Positions 23,140-34,921 of a stretch of 64,000 nucleotides of DNA are shown here, piece by piece. The DNA comes from Anthoceros angustus (Eukaryota; Plantae; Anthocerotophyta): assembly GCA_010909165.1 (NCBI GenBank), contig VJWM01000151.1, forward strand, positions 372,001 to 436,000, written 5' to 3'. Every line of letters starts with the position of its first letter. Position 1 is the first letter of the stretch. The notes below the pieces were generated by a model. It saw only the letters and a list, made by a program, of their open reading frames with translations, was not told where the DNA came from and did not search any database. The translations under genes were made by a program, and so were the position numbers.

Positions 23140-23900
23140 GGAAGTGTCGGTTTTCCGAGATGATCAGGCCACGGGCGCTAGGGGAGTTGTTGGCAGAACT
23201 CATCAGCCGGCATGGACACTCCAAGGTAATGACTGTGGCATCGAGGCTTTGTGCGAGCCGGCGAGGCGAGCGTGCCACATCGGAGGACCTTTAGGAACGG
23301 ATAAATTGTCACTAGAGAAGCGGATCCAGGAGTTGGTGGCTACGAAACTGGTGTTTCTGCAGTGCTGGACAAAGCACCCCCCCGAGTTACGATTGCAGCT
23401 CATAGACACGGTTGCTGAAGAGTACGCTTCCGTGAAGAACCGAGAGGTCATCAGGACCAAGTTCTCCAACTGTACGCGAGCACGGTGTTACAATCACCTC
23501 AACCGAGTGAAGAAAGGAGCAAGAATTCTGCGCACCACGGGGAAAAGAGAGCCGGTCAGGAAATTGAGGCCGGAGTCCATTACACCTGACATCTGGTGGA
23601 CAGCGGTCGAATGGGGAGTGGAGCAGTACGAGCGTGGAAATGGAGCATGGCCCCATTGCCCTCAGATGGCCGCAGTCGAGGCAAGGATGGAAAAACACGG
23701 CACTGCCGGCACAAACCCATTTGGACGCGGTGGGGGGGCGGATTTCTGTCTTCGGTTCGAGGGGATGTATGGAGAGCCCCCAAGTGTGGCAGAAATGATA
23801 TGGGGAGCAAAGCATGGGGTTGAAAAAATGGAGGCTTACTGGACTGCGCTTGGTGGACGACGAGGTTTGAAAGAAAAAGCCGAACAAGAATGGGACTTTA
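23140..23900 (+). mobile_element. Transposon-associated ORF, possibly CACTA/En-Spm TnpA (Ptta-like) fragment
   Basis: Within ORF 23060-24163: …RARCYNHLNRVKK…RPESITPDIWWTAVEW…NPFGRGGGA…GEPPSVAEM resembles the RPx.I..xxW..LVE.W…HxxGRGGY pattern of Transposase_24-type proteins. No TIRs were found. Confidence 0.4.
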
Positions 23901-24193
23901 GGTTTTTGCCACGTACTTGCAATCTACAATCTCAAATAACGTGTATCAAAACAATTATTCAAAGGTTGCGGGTGACATGTCTGCAGAGAAATATCAAAAA
24001 GGCTAATTATAGTGCGGATTTTTTCAAGTGCAAAAAAGGGTCCGGCCACGTCCGTGTCCAAAAAGGGGTTTCAGGAGAAACCCCTTTCTACACAGACGCT
24101 GTTTGGTATCCGAGTGGGATATCAAAGGCCATATCCAAGTTGGATCTCATGTTGCATAATTAAAACTGGTCCTTCAGGGTGGAAGCCGGTATT

Positions 24194-24325
24194 CAAGATA
24201 GGAACCGAGAGTTGGTTACCTCTATCTCAAGATAGGAACTGAGAGTTGGTTACCTCTATCTCAAGATAGGAACTGAGAGTTGGTTACCTCTATCTCGAGA
24301 TAGGAACTGAGAGTTGGTTACCTCC
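24194..24325. repeat. 34-bp tandem repeat, about 4 copies
   Basis: Unit CAAGATAGGAACTGAGAGTTGGTTACCTCTATCT, contiguous with no spacers. Confidence 0.92.
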
Positions 24326-24479
24326 ATAACCACCATGACTTGTTAAAATCGATCGTTCAAGCGTTTCGAACTACTAAAATTTGTATTTACTGTGTTTGAG
24401 TAGAAACGGCAAAAACGTAAAATCGCATTCTTATGCTTCACAGAAAGTGATGCTGCATAGGCCCCGCACGCCCCCCTGC

Positions 24480-25190
24480 CTGGTGCCCCTCGCACCAGCT
24501 TCTTCTTTTTCTACCGCGATGAGGTTTCACTTGGGTCTAGTCCAACCACTAGCGTGTTCTCTTCTAACCTGCTGCTGTGGGGCCTCCATCGAAGACCATG
24601 GGGCCCACTTAGCACTTGTCCAATGGGTGGACAACGTATTGCTACACACGACGCCGTTCGAGACGTCATGTTCTCAATGGCCAAGGAGAGCGGTTTCTTT
24701 CCTTTCAAGGAGCGGCAATATACTCTGCTCAATGACGTCTTTATCAGAGCTGACCTTTTCTTGACGCGGGGGGACGAGGTCTCGGTTTGTTACTGACCCA
24801 ACCAGAGATTCTGTCAGTGATCATGTCATCATCAACCCTCCAAGTTGGGTAGCGGAAGGGAGTGCAACTAAGAAAATTTACAAGTGCAGGCCCATGCAGC
24901 AAGGTCACATTTTTATCCCTTACTATTGAAATCCATTGGGTAAGGTTTTTTCTCATTTCATCAAGGAGTGCACATGGGCCTACTACAATGACAGGGACGG
25001 GATTGGCCTCCTATTTCCAGTTTCGTGGCATATTTCAGGTAACTTTCTATCGTCCTACAAAGGGCGTTGGCCAGCGCCATCTCTAGGACAATGACGAGTG
25101 TTGGAGAGGCGACATCGGCGGCACCCGTGGTAAATAGGCCCTTCCCTATGTGGGACGACGACATCTTGGGGCGGTTGGGGATATAGGGTA
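24480..25190 (+). mobile_element. 3' fragment of a CRE-like non-LTR retrotransposon (zinc finger plus restriction-like endonuclease region), decayed
   Basis: Across frameshifts: CCCG..EDHGAHL/TCPMGGQRIATHDAVRDVMFSMAKESG…RADLFL…/KKIYKCRPMQQGHIFIP…/SIVLQRALASAISR. This matches the CxxG.RI.THD.VRD…R.D…K..KY…F.P…SI.LQRA layout of RLE-type elements. Confidence 0.65.
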
Positions 25191-25617
25191 GATTATTGCG
25201 GGGCACGCCCCTTGGCCTGGTGCCCCGTCGTGGGTTGTCCCCTTCTTTCTATAAAATCTCCACATACCCTTTATGGTGATTGCAATTTCTCTTTCTTGAG
25301 GTTCCTCACCTGTAACGTCCTACTCCCTACTAACAAGTAACTGATGGATACCTTTATCTGCTTGCAGATAGAGGTATCTGTCAAGGGCTACTTACATTGA
25401 ATATTGGAACACCTCCGTCCGTCGCGTAGTCCACGGAATGATCTTTTAAGAGGAAATGGAGCTCCGTCCATTAAAAGTAGGGAGCAACCCTACTTTTAAC
25501 GGACGGAGCTTTGTATATGTCAGAGCGGCCTTCCCGTAACAGCTGACATATGTATTTTTTTAAGCACCCGAGATATATCTCGGGTGCATGTGACCACCGG
25601 CTCATCTTCTTCCTTCG

Positions 25618-26058
25618 TTGTTTGTGGGGGACGGTTCCTTCGCTCTTTGCTGTTTGCGCTGGACAGTGTTCGTGAAGTTGCCCAATCTGTTCCCCATGGA
25701 TCCGCTGTCCCAATACAACATGTTGGCAACACAACTAGCACTTGTCCCAAGCGCATCTGGGCTACAAGTTTCAGCGATTCCTAGGCTTCGAAACCAGAAT
25801 GTGGCTGCATGGACAGGAGATAGCACTCATGCTCTCATCTCGGCGTACGAGAAGGTGTATGTCAACCATCTTCACAAAGGGAACCTTGCCTCCCACCACT
25901 GGGATGCTATTGCACTCAGGATTTCGTCCTCTTGCATGGGATTTGTGCCAACAGGTCTACAATGTCGCAACAAAATGGACTCCCTCAAGAAGCAATATAA
26001 GCAAGAGACAAAAAAGCTTGGCACGGGAGTGCATTCTTCTGAGTGGGCTTCTGAGTGA
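25618..26058 (+). CDS. Harbinger Myb/SANT-like (trihelix) DNA-binding protein
   Basis: W..DSTHALISAY…HWDAIALRI…TGLQCRNKMDSLKKQYKQE…SSEW. Confidence 0.85.
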   Translation: MFVGDGSFALCCLRWTVFVKLPNLFPMDPLSQYNMLATQLALVPSASGLQVSAIPRLRNQNVAAWTGDSTHALISAYEKVYVNHLHKGNLASHHWDAIALRISSSCMGFVPTGLQCRNKMDSLKKQYKQETKKLGTGVHSSEWASE

Positions 26059-26200
26059 ATCAGCTTGTTTACCTCTACAAGCTTGTATTCTCACTTTTCG
26101 ATTTTAATAAGAGACTTCTTTCAAAAACAACAAACGCACTTGCTGACTTATTCAATTATTTGTGCAACAAAGTACATCACTCAAGCACATAAATGCAACA

Positions 26201-27257
26201 CTATTGTTCTTGTCTTTGTCTACGCCAATGTTTGACCAAGGCATTGTGTTGAACCAGTGCAATACTCTTCATAGCCTCTTCCTCCGCACTTGTCAAGATA
26301 ACAGGAACATCATGTGGTAGAGGATACTCGTCCACCCCTGGTTCCGAAGGTTCTAACTCACCAGCCACAATGCAAACGTTGTGCAAAACACAACAAGCAG
26401 CCACTGTCTTCGCAGCATATTTCACGTGGACGTTGAGGTTCTTCAATATTCTCCACCTGTTCTTTAATAAGGAGAAAGCATTCTCAATGACAACTCGTCT
26501 AGAAGAAAAGGAAGAGTTGAATGCTCTTTGCTCTGCATTCATAGGCATTTTGAAGCCTTTCATAAGAAAAGGTCTCAGAGGATACGTGAGTCACCAATGA
26601 TGTAAGGAGGTACTAGAACTCCCTCCACTTCAATGATTGGCCCTGCAAATATCCGTCTAGTGATAAGGCGCCATAAGCTACTATTCCGGAGAATACTAGC
26701 GTCATTTGAACCTCCCGGACTATTAGCACATATATCAATGAACATCTTCTGGTTGTCACATACGGCTTGCACAACCATGCAATGCATATTGTATCGCTTT
26801 GCGGTGATAAGTCTTTGGAGTGTCTTGCTCAATTTGGTTTGGTGGCAAACTTGATAAGGGATCCATCTATAGCACCAACAATATTAGCCAATAGGGTTCG
26901 CTGCTCAAATGCTGTTGATATGTCAACCTGGCAACGAACTGATGGAATGGTGATAAATGAAGAATATAGCTTGGCAGGGTCACTTAAGATGGAAACAATG
27001 AGCTTAGTATACTCAACAACTGTGGCATCACCAACACCATATTTCGAAGCAATGGTGAGGGAAGGTAGACCCCTGCCAAGCCTATGCAACACCAGAGCAA
27101 TAGCTTTATCACATGGTATAGACGTTCTTGGTGAGGTTCGTACCAGGAAAGGATGCAGTTGTTGAACGAGAACCATGAAAGTTGGATATGACATTCGGTA
27201 TTCTCTACGCCAATGCTCATCTCGTCTCTCAGGACCTTCCAAGCGCCAAGCTTGCAT
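26201..27257 (-). pseudogene. Harbinger (HARBI1-like, DDE_Tnp_4) transposase, broken by two frameshifts
   Basis: WRREYRMSYPTF, AIALVLHRLGRG, IVGAIDGSLI (D), GGSNDASILRNSSL (D), YIIGDS, RVVIENAFSLLKNRWRIL (E) and ACCVLHNVC, spread over three consecutive ORFs. Confidence 0.92.
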
Positions 27258-27472
27258 GTATAGCTCTTCCTATAACCCTGTAGAAGATGGAGCTTTCTAC
27301 CAAATACGACTTTCAGGACCTTCCAAGCGCCAAGCTTGCACGTGTAGCTCTTCCTATAACCCTGTAGAAGATGGAGCTTTCCACCAACACGACTTCAGGA
27401 AAGCGCCAAGCTTGCACGTGTAGCTCTTCCTATAACCCTGTAGAAGATGGAGCTTTCCACCAAATACGACTT
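27229..27472. repeat. About 84-bp tandem repeat x3 in the Harbinger transposase 5' region
   Basis: TCAGGACCTTCCAAGCGCCAAGCTTGCA…CCTATAACCCTGTAGAAGATGGAGCTTT…CCAAATACGACTT starting at 27229, 27313 and 27395. Confidence 0.88.
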
Positions 27473-28831
27473 TTTTGCGTGTGCAAAGTCTCCACAAGAG
27501 CACCATCTGAAGCTGCCAAAAGTAGTATGAACAATACATGCATCACACTGTCATCGGTTCCCATATAGTGTACATCCTCCAAGTATAAAGAATGTGAATA
27601 TGACTTTTGGAACATAACTTGAAGCATGAAGTACAACATAGGATCCATAACTAAAAATTAGAACACAGGATCGATAACTGAAAATAATATAATCAATATA
27701 ATCATATATAAAAAAAAGAAGAACTCAGACACAAGACTCTCAAGTGCAGACGAGAAGAAGGAAAGTCCCAGCGTGAGAAGAAGGGAAGTCGCAGCGTGCG
27801 AAGAATGGACTCGTTATATGTAGGAAAAGTATTTAGGGTCCCAGCGCTGGACACTCCTAGCGAGGTCTGCATGAAAAACGAGACGGGGTTCAAGAGTGGA
27901 GGAAGAGAAGAGCAAACCGGGCTACTTCGAGCTTGCCCGGGATGGAATAACGGGTCCTTCCTAAGTGAAACCCTAAATACCATTCCTACATATAACGAAT
28001 CTCCCATTTTTAGCGGGCCCCGCGCACGGTGCGCTACAGCTCCGTCCGGTGCCCGCTATACGCGGGCTGCGGACGGACGGAGGCCTCACGCAATGTGAGT
28101 AGGGCCTCAGTTACTAGTTAGTCTGGACTCGACTGTTCTACTTGAAGCGCTCAGTGTCCCATTGCCAGCTGTTGAACTATCTGCCGATCGGTGCTTCACA
28201 CTGAGCCTCCTGTCACTCAAACATCCATTGTCCGACTTGGAGGTAGAAACATAGACGGCGAATCATGATTCGTGTAAACTTTTGTAAAGTGTGATCAAAT
28301 CGGCGAGCTATCCACAGGAAGTCAATTACGGAATTCACTGCATCCAGTGCTCAAAAGCTTATCAGTGCCAAAGTAGAGATTCTTGAAGTTAAAAACGCAA
28401 GGGCAGTCGCTACCAAAGGTACTCAAGAATTGCACCGTCCCTACAACGATCTTGCATGTATCACATATAACAGAAAGCAGTCCAAGTTAAATCCAAGGAG
28501 CAAATCACTGAATGCAGGTCTTTCTGCCTGCTGGAAGTTCTTCGAATACTAGAGCGCTATTATTGACAACAGTTGAAGCAATCAGAACATGAGCGGATCA
28601 CGTCTTCCGGAAACAGACATCCCTCTAGTCCTCACGTTGAACTCCTCGCACTGAAGCGTAGCGGAAATCGAACCTATTCTGCTCAGAGTTTTGCGTGACC
28701 TGAAACTTGGAGCACAGAGCGAGCAAGCAAAAAACCGGATAAACGTGAGGCAATCGAGCACAGATTTGTTCCCCCTCCAGCAAGAGCCACGCACTTAAGC
28801 CATTCTAAGCTCATACCGAGCGATCCGGGGA

Positions 28832-29221
28832 TCACTGCAAAAAATTCAAGACTGGAGTCCTAGGACATTGAAGAGAGAACAGGAACAACACCGTTATTGG
28901 AGCTGCAATCTCGTCGAGGAAGGTCTGATATTCTTCGCTCATCTTCTGGAGGTTGTAGATCGCTTCGATTGGAAATTCTTCTTTCTTCATCTTCATGTTG
29001 TTCTCCAGAGTGCTGTGGATATCCATCACGCGGTCTGCCAACTGCGCTAGAATTCCGTACTCAGACACGATGAGGAACATTCTCTTCTCTCGCTCACGCA
29101 TTCTCCACAGAGTGCGCAGATAAACGGCAGAAGAAGTAACACCAATGGCGGCTAATACCGTCCAAAGCAGCGCTCCAGGTTCCCGCTTATCATAGAGGAT
29201 CAGGTTCCAGAACACGTCCAT
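28832..29221 (-). CDS. Hypothetical membrane-anchored helical protein (3' structure uncertain)
   Basis: 129-aa ORF with a hydrophobic segment ALLWTVLAAIGVTSSAVYL followed by an amphipathic helix. Weakly similar to ORF 34043-34534. Confidence 0.4.
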   Translation of the reverse strand: MDVFWNLILYDKREPGALLWTVLAAIGVTSSAVYLRTLWRMREREKRMFLIVSEYGILAQLADRVMDIHSTLENNMKMKKEEFPIEAIYNLQKMSEEYQTFLDEIAAPITVLFLFSLQCPRTPVLNFLQ

Positions 29222-29641
29222 CTTCTCGTGGCTCTCGAAGAACTTCTTTCAAGAAGAGCGTTACAATTTCGGCCTCGTGAAGGACCTCTAAGACGGATGT
29301 GCGTTTGCCGGGCGCTGTGGGACGCGTGTGCGATCGTGGACTGAAATTCACTATGTGATGAACGCTTGTGCAAATTATAGGCCCTATAGGTATAGGAAGA
29401 GTCTGGAAGGTCTTTCTTTTTCCTATTAAGTATCTAAATTGCTGGGCAGAAAAAGTCGAGCGGCCTCAATTGGACGACAAAGAACCATGCTTGCTTGCTA
29501 GTCGACGAATCCCCCAACAAAAAGGGCTCAGACTTTGGGCACAAGCCCGGAAACGAGGTGCTGAAAGGACACTGGATTTTTTAGGGCTATCTATCTTTGG
29601 AAATTTCGCGTGGTATATCCATTTTGAGAGTGGCATTTTTA

Positions 29642-31135
29642 TTAGTCTCGACGGACATGTAACGCGTCTTTGCAGGCTTCGTAAATCATCCACGATAGTC
29701 CAGAAGAGGGCATCACTTTCAAACAGCTAACTCCTACACCTCTGTACCAGCCCTTCAACCCTTCTTTTCGAAATACATGTACCAGAACTTTTACCATGTT
29801 AGGTGGTATCCTTCCAGTTGGGAATCTCCCCACAATCAGCCGTTTCCTGGCGACTTCCAAAGGAAACGTAGCAACGCTGGAGCCAAGGCCTGTACGTGAG
29901 CAGGCACCACTGTCAAGGACAACAGTCCAAACTTCAAGGGAAACAGCCCGGCAAAGGGTGAGATAGTGAGTATACCCGCTAAAGCTCCAATAACGAGAGT
30001 TTCCCAGGGTGCCAAATGTTTCTTCTCTGCTCGGCTCCTGTATCCTAATGTGAGGCTATCGTACAGAGCATAGTATGATGCACAATAAGGGACCAGACCA
30101 ACCATGGTTGGAGTAAGCCCCCTGTACATGGCCCGCACTCCTTCCTCACGAATTATCTTCCCAAGAGCGTGCCAAATGCTCTGGTAGGCACCTGTATGTA
30201 CGGTAAAACGGTCCTGCAGTCGAGGTGAGAAACTCGCTATAAAGCAGTGCAGGGCAAATCACACAAGTGAAGTGAAGGTTTTGTTGGGCAGGTTATGAAT
30301 CAAGAACTAACCTTGAGCACTTCGAGGGGGTAGCAGGAAAGGGTGCTGACAACCCCGGCCACAGCACCGGCCACTACTGGGGCAGATATCCAGGAAACTG
30401 GAACTTCCACACTCTGGCCAAGCAAGCGCATCTGCGGTGGCCCTGTTCGACTCCACTGGTCTTGGGAGCTCTGGAGATGACGCTTCACTGCCTCGTACGT
30501 GGAGAGCTCGACGGCTTGGCCGGGAGCAGTCCTAAATGCGTTAATCCCGTTCCCGGCAAATAAGCCCCGCCAGCCCTGCTCTCGTAGTATCTCCTTAAGG
30601 CTACCACCGATGCTCTTTGGTCCGACACCGACAATTAGCCGTGTCCTGCAAATTTGTCCATTGAATAAGCGTCCCACACATCTGCTTGCAAGATTTTTTA
30701 CTTCTTGTCACAAGCTACGCAAGACGATCAATCTCCCTTCATCGAAGCAAAATTTTAGCATGACAGGTCAGGTCTTCCCTCTCCGCTTCCACCCCACCTC
30801 TTTCTGTCGTTTCTGGCACAAAAAGAAATAGAAAGCAGCCACACGTCGTTACCTCACAGTTTCCAGGGGAGCAACAAACGTCTTGGACAAAGCTCCTGAA
30901 AGCGCTCCACTTGCAAACTCTCGGAATGCTCGGTTCTCTGCTCCAACCTACATAGCATGACAAAATTAGAAGAAGAAAGCCTCGCTCCTGCAGCATATTT
31001 CAGATTGCAACAGCGCAACATTCTCGTGACTGAGCGGCAAGCAGTGGAGGCCCTTACTGTCATCACCGACCAGAGCTCATTTGGAAATGGCAGAAACTCA
31101 ACACTCTGCTCGCTCTCCGTCTTTTTTGCCACCAT
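29642..31135 (-). CDS. BTL1: Mitochondrial carrier family protein, BT1/BTL1-like adenine nucleotide transporter (At3g20240-like); exons 31135-31058, 30947-30853, 30645-30312, 30213-29976, 29889-29642 (330 aa)
   Basis: All four introns are GT-AG and frame-consistent (993 nt). Three Px[DE]xx[KR]x[RK] signatures: APLETVRTRL, YPLEVLKDRF, FPLEVARKRL. C-terminal CLKVMPSSGLSWMIYEACKD. Confidence 0.92.
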
Positions 31136-33832
31136 AACTCTACGACTGGAACACCTCAAGTGCACAATCGCACAGAACAACTCCGGGGCTCATCCAACTG
31201 CTCCGGAATTTCCCTGCCGAGTAGCCAGAGCGCCGCCGCCTTGCACCCAATTTCGAGGTTTCCTCTGCGAATCAGTGGAGGCTGGCACACCTTGCTGCCC
31301 GTGCACTCACCCGGCTGCAACACCTCTCATATCCGTGCTTCTACTGCCAGGTGTGGCACCGCCGGGGCCCGGACCAGAGCCCCGGGCTCGAGACCTTCCG
31401 GAGCCTACTACAGGCTGCCAGAATCGCAGTCCATAGCTTGAGACCCCTCGCCGCCCAGAGCGGCGGCAGAGAGTCTGGCAGCCTGGATTAGCGGCCGCAA
31501 CGCTACTTAGAATGAGTTCTTTTACTTGAACCAAACCAGACAACTAGACGCGGTTCGAGCTGTGAGTCACCAAACTGTTCTACTCAGCCAAATTTACAAA
31601 ATCTTTTGCACTCCAAGGTAAACAGCTCCATGAACGACGCAAAACATCACGTACTTGGCATCGCGTCCTTGGTGATGTGCATTTGACAGTCTCGGAACAA
31701 CATTGCCTTCTGTTTGGGGCACAGGCCTTGTGAGATCACGGCATGTAGCATCATCTCGGGACGAGTTTGAGCAACAAACTGAAGTCATCGAGATCGCTGG
31801 AGGAACTAGTTAGCAACACCTTGTCTCACTCAGGATCTGCTGCTAGAGTTTTTATCAAGGTATCAGACAGAGTTCAGCACTCATCACTCTGATCCTGATG
31901 CTAAACTGTTCACGGTGAGGTCACTGCCGGGAATTTTCCGTTGTGAAACTACGGAGGATTTCCATCTCATTGAAGCACAGCGCATAAACCCTAAGCCCTA
32001 ACCAGATTCTTTGAGTGCACAGCTCACCTCTGCAAGAAGCGGTGGGAGGCCCAGGCCAAACTTCGAATTAGGGTGCTCCACAACAGCCTTCACATGCATG
32101 TCCTCTTTAGTTCATGGGAAGCTTTGCTAGTATGTGTTGCCTGACATCCTGTCCAAAACTCTCCAGCTCTAAGGTTGAAAGGGCAAGAAATGCAATTCAC
32201 AACCTGGTCCTGTGTCCGGTATGAGAAACTCTCTACCTCATGGAACTGGTATCTGGGGTTGGCATTATCCGGCCAGTCCATCTCTTATTCTTCCACTTCT
32301 TCCGCTGATAGAGAACGAGTTAATCCGCCTTCTTCAGTTTAATCTGACACAGTTCTTGCTGATGGCAGGAAACCAAAGGTAGTATGACGTATCTGGTGCG
32401 GATCTTCTTCATAGAACTTACGGCCTTCTGATCTTAGTGTTGCCTTTGGGGTTTGACTTCTGGGCTGCGCTTAAGTGATCCTCAAATGTTGGCAAACACG
32501 GTCCGTATGATCTTGACCTACTTACTGCTTAATTCTCAAGAGGAACTTGTCACCATAAGAGGAACTTCATTTCATGGAAGAACTTGGCTTCCTGTGTATA
32601 AGCTAATTTCCTCAGCTTTTCTTGTTTGGCCATAACACCATGAGGGGAGGTAACAACTGAAATGTTAAATCTCATTCTCAATGCCACCATAAGAGGAACT
32701 TCATTTCATGGAAGAACTTGGCTTCCTGTTATAAGCCAAATTCCTCTGCTTTTCTTGTTCGGCCATGACGCCATGAGGGGAGGTGACGACCTGAAATGTT
32801 AAATCTCACATAGTGACCTCGGCATTTGGCATGCCTGCAGATGTAATCACTACAATCTATCTTTCAAACATGATCTACATGACACATCAATTCAAACGAT
32901 CTTGAAAGCACAGCAATCCACCGTGAGAGATGTTGCAACTCAGTGAAGTACATTGAGCTGGTCCCACCGAGAGAGATGTTGCGACTCAGTGAAGGACATT
33001 GAGCTGGTCCCTCCTTCTGCTCTTGCTGATCTTATTGAACTTGAACTTGCAATACTTACGTTGACACACTCTCTTGGCATTATATTGGTTGAACATCCTA
33101 TTTGAATGAGTGGATATAGATGGATGGAAAGAGAAACTATATACCCATGGTTACTCTTTAAGTGTATACACACATGGTTATCTTAAAGTGGCAGAAGAAC
33201 TTCTAGTGTACCTGCCTGAAAGAAAAAGATCATCCACAAAGACAACCACAAGAAACTACACCTTCTAATTTTAACCCCTAATAAACAAGGCTTGTGATGT
33301 GCAAAACCTGCTGGTATTTTTGAAGGTAAGCTAAATACACTATGGGATTCAAAAAGCTTGTATTGATCAAAGTATGAAAAAATGTCGATGAACAAGAAGA
33401 TGCAAAGACTTAGGTCTCCCCGTATTCACTAAGTCAGTGCAACAGTACATATATTTTTATGTATTAAACTGTGTATAACTAAGGACATTGTCCTCAATGT
33501 TAGATGTCCATTCCAAGCTGGAAAATCGAAATATATGGATTTTGATTGAAACACAATCAGTCAAAGAAATCCTTTTGCCTATGGTTGAGGAAGAACCATG
33601 AAGCAAGAGTCCAAGACCCTAGAGTACTTACTGTAAAACTTATTCAAGAATACCAAAAGAGCATAGACTCACAAACACTTAACATCAAATAGTATGTTCG
33701 TCAAATGGATAACCATTAGTACGAATTGTCTGACAACTCTAATATGATCCGGTCCCGCAAAGAGAAATCGAAAGGATTACATACGGAGAAAACTATGCAG
33801 GCTGTAGATATTTCAAACTGCCTCATCAGGAG

Positions 33833-34534
33833 TCAGATATGTCTGTACGGAGAAATAATCTTCTTATAGTCTTTTACAAATTTACTCCAGTCCGCTCCGT
33901 GAAGTATCTGGCATATAGTCCGAGAACTGTTAAGTCGTACACAGTTGCGTACCATCAAAGACGACGCAAGAACTTGAACTGCATCCACACGCCCGAACTG
34001 CAGTACGATCGAGGGCATGATGGATAAATCTATCAACACTTATCAAAGAATCGCACATAGCAAGAACCGCACCATTTGATTGCACAGGATATTCCCATAT
34101 TGCCGGCTTATGAAGTCCGCAATATCGGTGCCGACGGAGATCCAGCTCGTTACCAGAGTAGGCACTTTCTCCTCGGGTGATACTAACCCTGTGTCTGATA
34201 CGACAGAAAGAACAGGGTCCAGCTTCCTGTTGATGAGCTTCAATTTGGTTCCCAGATCACGGAGACGGTAGAGATACTCCAGTTCCAGATCGTCATAGTA
34301 AGCCCTCTTTCGTTCGCGCTGTATGATGAGCACAGCATTCACCGTAATGGCAGTAGATGCAGCGGCCAGTGCGGCCAATCCGCTCCATTGCGACAGCAAG
34401 CGTCGGTCACTGATTCTGAGTTTCCAAGCACATTTCGAGAGCGCAATGCTTCGCAAGAGGGCGTACGTTGCAGGGATGCAGAAAGTAGCTGTAGCGATCA
34501 CTGCGGTCAGTCTGCTTCCCTCGGAGCCGGCCAT
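33833..34534 (-). CDS. Hypothetical membrane protein; exon 34534-34073, 75-bp intron, exon from 33997
   Basis: Two hydrophobic segments (TAVIATATFCIPATYALL and SGLAALAAASTAITVNAVLII). The phase-0 intron GTGCGG…CTGCAG (34072-33998) joins in frame to FGRVDAVQVL…. Further 3' exons are possible. Confidence 0.5.
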
Positions 34535-34921
34535 GTCGAATGTGCGTCCGTAGCACCTCGGCAGAATTCAGAGAACGTGTCACGGCTTGTGCTTTCGAAG
34601 CGGGAACAGGGTAAGGATTAGATCTATTTATGCATATCACTTTATAAACAAGTTGCAGGGCTTTTTTTCTGCAAACATGCTACAGGGCTTCATAAACTTC
34701 AGAAAAGAAAGCTGGTAAACGGAGGTTGGACTCCAGAGTTTTTATCGGCTCATTTTCGGTATGTCGAAGCCCTTTTCCATCCTCTGCTCTCTAGAGACCA
34801 TCCGCTTAAGTTTCTAACTGCAAATTTCGAATGGCAGTGGCCAATGTAGAAATCAAAACATGCGGATATTAATTTACCCGTGGGACATCTGCCTGTCTCA
34901 TCCCACATCACTCCATCACTC

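Larger units (their letters stand above)
25384..28106. mobile_element. PIF/Harbinger DNA transposon with 3-bp TSD TCA
   Basis: Imperfect TIRs AGGGCTACTTACATTG and CAATGTGAGTAGGGCC (12/16), plus a shared subterminal CCTCCGTCCGTC. TCA at 25381-25383 and 28107-28109. Contains convergent Myb-like and DDE genes. Confidence 0.8.

Noticed and set aside
24194-24325. 34-bp repeats as a CRISPR array
   Set aside because: The units are contiguous with no unique spacers, the context is eukaryotic, and there are no cas genes. The same applies to the 84-bp and 19-bp arrays.
32553-33010. 134-bp x2 and 46-bp x2 direct repeats
   Set aside because: Ordinary short local duplications in intergenic or UTR DNA with no further structure.
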